Part shown: piece after piece, positions 58,431 to 64,000 of the stretch
Numbering within the stretch: the stretch's first letter is position 1
Layout: every line of letters begins with the position of its first letter
Source: a virus
Direction: 5' to 3' (one strand)
IMG/VR virus record: IMGVR_UViG_3300034524_000181
Coordinates: 23,060-87,059 of that record
Length of the DNA: 64,000 nucleotides
Program-made: the position numbers and the translations under genes
The notes under the pieces: model-generated
Told to the model about the DNA's origin: nothing
The model's database searches: none
Seen by the model: only the letters and a program-made list of their open reading frames with translations

Positions 58431-58618
58431 TTATAAAATGTAGTTAGCAGAATCAATGGTTTATCAGGGTTGTCTTTTCGGGGAATAGCATCGCTCAAAG
58501 ACCATAGTCACAAAATAAAAAATCCTTTTCCTGTAATGCTTACAAGAAAAGGATACAAGCTTTAGACCTATAAGTATTTCCCCTCGGTTTGACCTATTTT
58601 TGACCCTTTTTTGACCTT

Positions 58619-59662
58619 ATGGTTCTGCAGAAAGGGATGGTCGTCGTGGGTAAATTATGCTTTGGTTCATATGCTAAAATTGTTCAAAAATCAATTAAAG
58701 AGCCTAATAGTCAAAAACGTGTTGCTGAATTGTTACTAGGTCTAATTACTGACAATGAAGATGTTACAAACCAAGAAGGTGACCCTTTTGTAGTTACTGA
58801 CAAGCTTGCCAGTGACTTATTTAACTGCAAAATTAATATGCGTAAAAAAATTAAAGAAGCATCTAGCTCCCAATTAATTGTTAATTCTGCTCATGACTAT
58901 TTTGAAGATGTGGTCATGCCTGAAATTATGCCTGAAATGATACAAGACATGATTGCTGAATTAGTAGACCTCATATCAAGTGACGATAGTGTTCCTCAGG
59001 ATAAAAAAGATGAATTCTTAAAATTTGCTAATCCGACCTCCATTCATGTCTTTTTGTCTGACTTATTTTTGTACGTAATAAAAAAGGATAATAAAATTTC
59101 TAAGAAGTCACCAGCTCCCTTAAATAGTAAAATGCCTTCTGTTCTTAGTGATGTAAAAAAGCTAAAGGAGCCTATTGAAAAAATCCCTCCTAGACAACCA
59201 GAACCTATTACACCACCAGAAGAAATAGAAAATCATGAGATGGTTTACGTCAGAGAATTATTAGCCGCTTATGCTGATGCTGAAGGTATTGATGAGTTGC
59301 CAAAAGAATCCTTAGAAAGTTTTCCAAAGTATGAGAAGGACTTTAAGCGTAGGAGAAAAGACTACTATGCAGCTGAAAGTATTAGACGTGGTGCAAGAGA
59401 TGTATTCGGAGAAACGAATCCGGATCATTTTGAAATATTAAAAGAAGAAACATATGACGGTGTCATAGATGTTTATGAAAATGAGTATCCTCATGGTCTC
59501 GCTAGGCTAAAAGGGGTTATGTCTCAAGCAACTCTTATTCGAGTTGATAAATGCGTATATAGCCAAATTCCTAATTGGATCGGCGCTAGTGAAAAGAAAG
59601 GTGTCTGCCACATTCTTGTAAATGACGGCAAACTTAGGGGGTGGGTTGAAACCGATGAGTAA
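58619..59662 (+). CDS. ABC three-component (Lamassu-like) protein with C-terminal CTD
   Basis: C-terminal YV.ELL.AY...R..YY.AESI...KKGVCHILVNDGKL.W resembles ABC-3C CTDs; first gene of the triad. Confidence 0.7.
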   Translation: MVLQKGMVVVGKLCFGSYAKIVQKSIKEPNSQKRVAELLLGLITDNEDVTNQEGDPFVVTDKLASDLFNCKINMRKKIKEASSSQLIVNSAHDYFEDVVMPEIMPEMIQDMIAELVDLISSDDSVPQDKKDEFLKFANPTSIHVFLSDLFLYVIKKDNKISKKSPAPLNSKMPSVLSDVKKLKEPIEKIPPRQPEPITPPEEIENHEMVYVRELLAAYADAEGIDELPKESLESFPKYEKDFKRRRKDYYAAESIRRGARDVFGETNPDHFEILKEETYDGVIDVYENEYPHGLARLKGVMSQATLIRVDKCVYSQIPNWIGASEKKGVCHILVNDGKLRGWVETDE

Positions 59663-60104
59663 GTTGTATAATACGCCATTCGAAGCATCACTACGTATAT
59701 TGCTTATACTAGAGTCTTCAAAAAATCAGAACTTTAGTTTGGACTTGCTTACTGCCATAGATTTTATTTCACTTTACGGAAGAGATTTTGGTCTTTCTAA
59801 TGAAAATCTGCATGGAGATAATAGTTATAAGTTCAGTGAATTCGCCTTGCGCCGCGAACTCATAAAAACAGCAATTAAGCATCTTGTTCTTGATGACCTC
59901 ATAAAAGTTAGCTCGACCAAACAAGGTTTTACATATTCCGCTAATCAAAAAGGCTTAAATTTTAGCGAACATTTATCAAGTGATTATGCTAACACATATC
60001 GTCAAGCTGTTTATTTAGTAAGGGGATTTATATCTAATAAAACAGAGCGTGAAGTTTTAGAATATATAAATAAACGCTCCATATATTCGTTGCGGGAGGA
60101 TTAA
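59655..60104 (+). CDS. ABC three-component middle component
   Basis: YNTPFE.SLR.L..L...DF...YG......NLHGD. Confidence 0.75.
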   Translation: MSKLYNTPFEASLRILLILESSKNQNFSLDLLTAIDFISLYGRDFGLSNENLHGDNSYKFSEFALRRELIKTAIKHLVLDDLIKVSSTKQGFTYSANQKGLNFSEHLSSDYANTYRQAVYLVRGFISNKTEREVLEYINKRSIYSLRED

Positions 60105-60108
60105 TGAA

Positions 60109-61887
60109 ATGACTAACTTATATATAAAAAAGCTAATTGTTTCCGGTGGTGGTAAAGAGCCTTCTGTTTTGGAATTTGATGAAGGATTAAATATTATATG
60201 TGGACCATCGAATACTTGAAAAAGTTATATCTTAGAATGTATCGACTACTTATTTGGCAGTGATAAAATTCGTTTTGATAGAAGCACCGGCTACAATAAT
60301 ATCAAATTAATTGTTGCTACAGAAAGCGGTAGTATTACATTGGATCGTGAATTAGATTCAAATAAAATTAGAGTTCATAGCGACAATCACAAGATTGAAT
60401 CTGGAGAATATAGAACTAGTGGAAAAAAGAATATCAGTGATGTATGGTTAAGTCTTATAGGTATTGATGAGGAGCGTTTTATTATAAAAAACTCAAGGTA
60501 TGATAAACAACGTCTTACCTGGAGGACTATTTCACATATGTTTCTCATTAAGGAATCTATTGTTTTTCAAGAAGCTTCTATTATATTGCCAAGGCAAAAT
60601 ACAGCACATACCGCAGCTCTTTCTACCCTCTTTTTCTTAATTACTGGTCAAGATTTTGCTGAATCCGACCCAAAGGAAGAAAAAAAGATAAAAGAAGCTA
60701 GAAAAAAGGCTGTTGCTGATTATATTAATAAAAGGTTAAATGATTTTGCTGAACGTAAAAATGAGCTTAACAAGCTTCCAGTTGGAGATGAAGAGTACCT
60801 TCAAGAAAAAGTAGAAAATATACTTGTTGAAATCGCTAAAACAGAAGAAAAAATTGCTGATTCAGTTAACCGCAGCAAACAACTTCTAAAGGAAATTTAT
60901 GTTGTCAGCGATCAATTGGCTGAATGTAATACGTTGTATAACCGGTATAAGGCTTTGAAGACTCAGTATGCATCTGATATTAAAAGATTAACTTTTATTG
61001 TTGAAGGAGAGCTGCATAAAGGGAAAATGCATGCAAATTCTAAATGTCCTTTCTGTGACAGCAGTATATCCTCTTCTCAAAAAGAAGCTTCTTATGCTGA
61101 AACATCACATGCTGAGCTACATAGGATACAACTTCAATTAGATGATTTATTAGAAGCTGAGCAAGATCTAATAAAAGAACGGTCTACACTAGAATCTAAA
61201 CTTGCTAGATTAAATAATGAAAAATCAGATGTTGAATTACTCATTAATGATGAATTAAAACCCAAAATTGCTGGGCTTAGATCAACTTTATATGATTATC
61301 GAAGAGCCATTGAAATTCGAAATGAATCAGTTGTTATTACCAAATATGAAACAACAATGAAATCCGAATTGTTTGAAGCAATGATGGAAGATGAATCAGC
61401 GGTAGAGTTTAAAATCAAGAACTACTTTAATAGCGATATCATAGCAACATTGGACATCTATCTAAATAGAATCCTAGAAGCTTGTAAGTTTGATGGTTAT
61501 AGCTCTGCTTATTTTGATTCAAGTTCCTTTGACATATTTATCAACGGAACTCCCAAAGACACATATGGCAAAGGATATCGCGCTTTTTTAAATACTGTAC
61601 TTGCCATTTCGCTTATGGAGTATTTAACCGATAAAGGTAAATATGCACCTGAGCTATTGATTATTGACACCCCTATTCTTTCTCTGAAGGAAAAAGAAGA
61701 TGGTGTGGCATCTGACACAATGAAAGCTGCATTATTCCAGTACCTATTAGACAACCAAGGTCATGGTCAAGTTATTATTGTAGAAAATGATATTCCTGAT
61801 TTAGATTATAGCAACGCAAATGTGATTCAGTTTACTAAAGATGAATCGTATGGTCGTTACGGATTTTTGAATGATGTACGCCAATAA
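60109..61887 (+). pseudogene. ABC three-component SMC-like ATPase with TGA in Walker A (60217-60219)
   Basis: GLNIICGPSNT*KS (expected GxSNTGKS), coiled coil, CPFC hook, GKGYRA signature, LIIDTP Walker B. Confidence 0.82.
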
Positions 61888-61910
61888 GAAATGAAATGGA
61901 GGCTTATTTA

Positions 61911-62123
61911 ATGAGCAAAGATCAAAATATAGAAAAATGGTCTTCAATGGATATTATTACAGATTATCTGGGTGTAAGTCGTGAAACTGTACTGCAGTGG
62001 ATCAACAATCGCAACATGCCAGCCCATAAGGTAGGTAGACTATGGAAATTTAAAATTTCCGAAGTTGATGAATGGATTCGGTCCGGTGGTGCAGCTGAGA
62101 AAAGTGAAACAGATGATGTTTAA
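61911..62123 (+). CDS. Excisionase-like HTH DNA-binding protein
   Basis: YLGVSRETV..WI....MPAHKVGRLWKF..SEVDEW. Confidence 0.85.
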   Translation: MSKDQNIEKWSSMDIITDYLGVSRETVLQWINNRNMPAHKVGRLWKFKISEVDEWIRSGGAAEKSETDDV

Positions 62124-62174
62124 GAAGCCCTTTAGCATTATAAGTATTTCATTATTTGAAAGGAAGTGTTTTAT

Positions 62175-64000
62175 ATGGATAACCAAACCTATAATTCAAT
62201 ATTAAACTTTATTTGGCAATAGCAGACGACTGTCTACGAGATGTATATGTACGAGGTAAATATAGAGATGTAATCTTGCCTATGACAGTAATCCGTAGAT
62301 TAGATGCTGTATTAGAGGAAACAAAACCTGCTGTTCTTGAAATGAAAAAGAAACTAGACGAGGCAGGCATCACCAATCAGACTGCTGCACTATGCAATGC
62401 TGCTGGACAGTCATTTTGCAACAGTTCACCTTTTTGCTTGCGCGATTTAACCTCTAGAGCAAAAAATCAAACTTTAAAAGCAGATTTTATAGCCTATTTG
62501 GATGGCTTCTCTCCTAATGTTCAGGAAATTTTAGATAGATTCAAATTTCGCAATCAGATAGACACTATGATTGATGCAGATATACTTGGCGCTGTTATAG
62601 AAAAATTTGTTTCACCTACAATTAACTTAAGCCCTAACCCTGTTTATAAAGATGATGAAAAGAAGGAAATCCGTTTACCTGGTCTTGATAATCATACCAT
62701 GGGGGTAATTTTTGAAGAACTTATTCGCCGCTTTAATGAAGAAAATAATGAAGAGGCAGGAGAACACTTTACCCCTCGTGATGTTGTCGAATTAATGGCC
62801 GATCTTATTTTTGTACCAGTAGCGGATAAAATTATGGATGCAACTTACTCTTGCTACGATGGGGCTTGCGGTACAGGTGGTATGCTTACCGTAGCCCAAG
62901 ACCGTCTGATGGAACTTGCTGAAAAAGCTGGTAAGAAAGTATCTATTCATCTTTTTGGCCAGGAAATAAATCCTGAAACGTATGCTATAGCTAAGTCTGA
63001 TTTATTATTACAAGGACAAGGAGATCAAGCGGACCATATTGGGTTTGGTTCCACCCTTTCTAACGACCAATTTCCTACCTACCAGTTTGACTTCATGCTA
63101 AGTAATCCGCCATATGGCAAATCGTGGAAAGTTGACGCAGATAAACTCGGTGGCAAGAAAGATATTATGGACAGTCGTTTTGTGACCAACTTTGCTGATG
63201 ATCCTAATTTCAGTATGATTCCAAGAACAAGTGACGGACAGTTACTTTTCCTACTAAACAATGTTGCAAAAATGAAGAAAACTACCGAGTTAGGTAGCCG
63301 TATCGCAGAAGTGCATAACGGGTCTTCCTTATTTACCGGTGATGCCGGACAAGGTGAAAGTAATGCCCGACGCTTTATGATAGAGAACGACCTTGTAGTG
63401 GCGATTATTGCCCTACCAGACAATATGTTCTATAACACAGGAATTGGCACTTTTATTTGGATTCTTTCTAACAATAAAGCTGAACACAGAAAGGGTAAGA
63501 TTCAACTTATAGATGCTACTTCATTAAAGTCGCCTCTTCGTAAAAACTTAGGTAAAAAGAATTGTGAATTGACTCCTGAAATCAGACAACAAATTTTGGA
63601 GTTATATATGGCTTTTGAGGAAAATGAGTATAGCAAAATTTTTGATAACAACGAGTTTGGTTATTGGAAAGTAACTGTTCTTCGCCCTGCATACAACGAA
63701 GATGGCACTATTCAAAAAGATAAAAAAGGAAAACCTGTTGTCAATAAAGAGCTAACAGATACAGAACAAATACCTTTTATCTATGAAGGTGGCATCGAAG
63801 CATTCTTTGAAAAAGAAGTAAAGCCCTTTGCTCCCGATGCATGGATTGACGAAAAGCAGACAAAAATCGGTTATGAAATTAGTTTTACAAAATATTTCTA
63901 TAAACCGATTCAGCTAAGAACACTAGAAGAAATAACAGTAGACATTCGTTCACTCGAAGAAGAGACAGACGGATTACTTGCTGAGATTATAGGGGGTTGA
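62175..64000 (+). pseudogene. hsdM: Type I R-M methyltransferase subunit M, apparent 1-nt frameshift near codon 14
   Basis: MDNQTYNSILNFIW then frame change to IADDCLRD; GEHFTPR, DGACGTGG, NPPY. Confidence 0.85.

Larger units (their letters stand above)
9257..64000 (-). mobile_element. Siphoviral prophage, rlmD-integrating and triple serine recombinase type (Phi-m46.1-like organisation); right end outside the window; partly pseudogenised
   Basis: Ordered recombinase, lysis, tail, head, methylase and replication modules on the minus strand; divergent defence genes at the far end; rlmD remnant at the left end. Confidence 0.85.

Overview
Low-GC Clostridia-type (Bacillota) chromosome segment made mostly of mobile DNA. 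(1) 1-4710: replication module of a phage-like element (PrimPol-type primase, Bro/KilA-C antirepressor, family A DNA polymerase). It is abruptly joined to a 5'-truncated ilvB pseudogene. (2) 4711-9250: host remnant with corA, a possible proline-containing leader peptide, an orphan TRAP-type (NAG repeat) attenuator, an ISL3 element without target duplication, and a type III Res 3' fragment. (3) ~9257 to beyond 64000: a large, partly decayed siphoviral prophage resembling the rlmD(rumA)-integrating, triple serine recombinase type. It carries cargo (a NiCo riboswitch-P-type ATPase cassette that splits a SEC-C gene, plus unknown ORFs), lysis, tail, head, methylase/MetK and replication modules, and a divergent ABC three-component (Lamassu-like) system plus type I R-M hsdM. 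Most striking: the prophage DNA polymerase contains a 309-aa intein whose HNH homing endonuclease is a separate, RBS-equipped gene in a different reading frame inside the intein. The C5 methylase also has a nested alternative-frame ORF. All assignments come from reading the sequence and recalled family motifs; no database searches were run.
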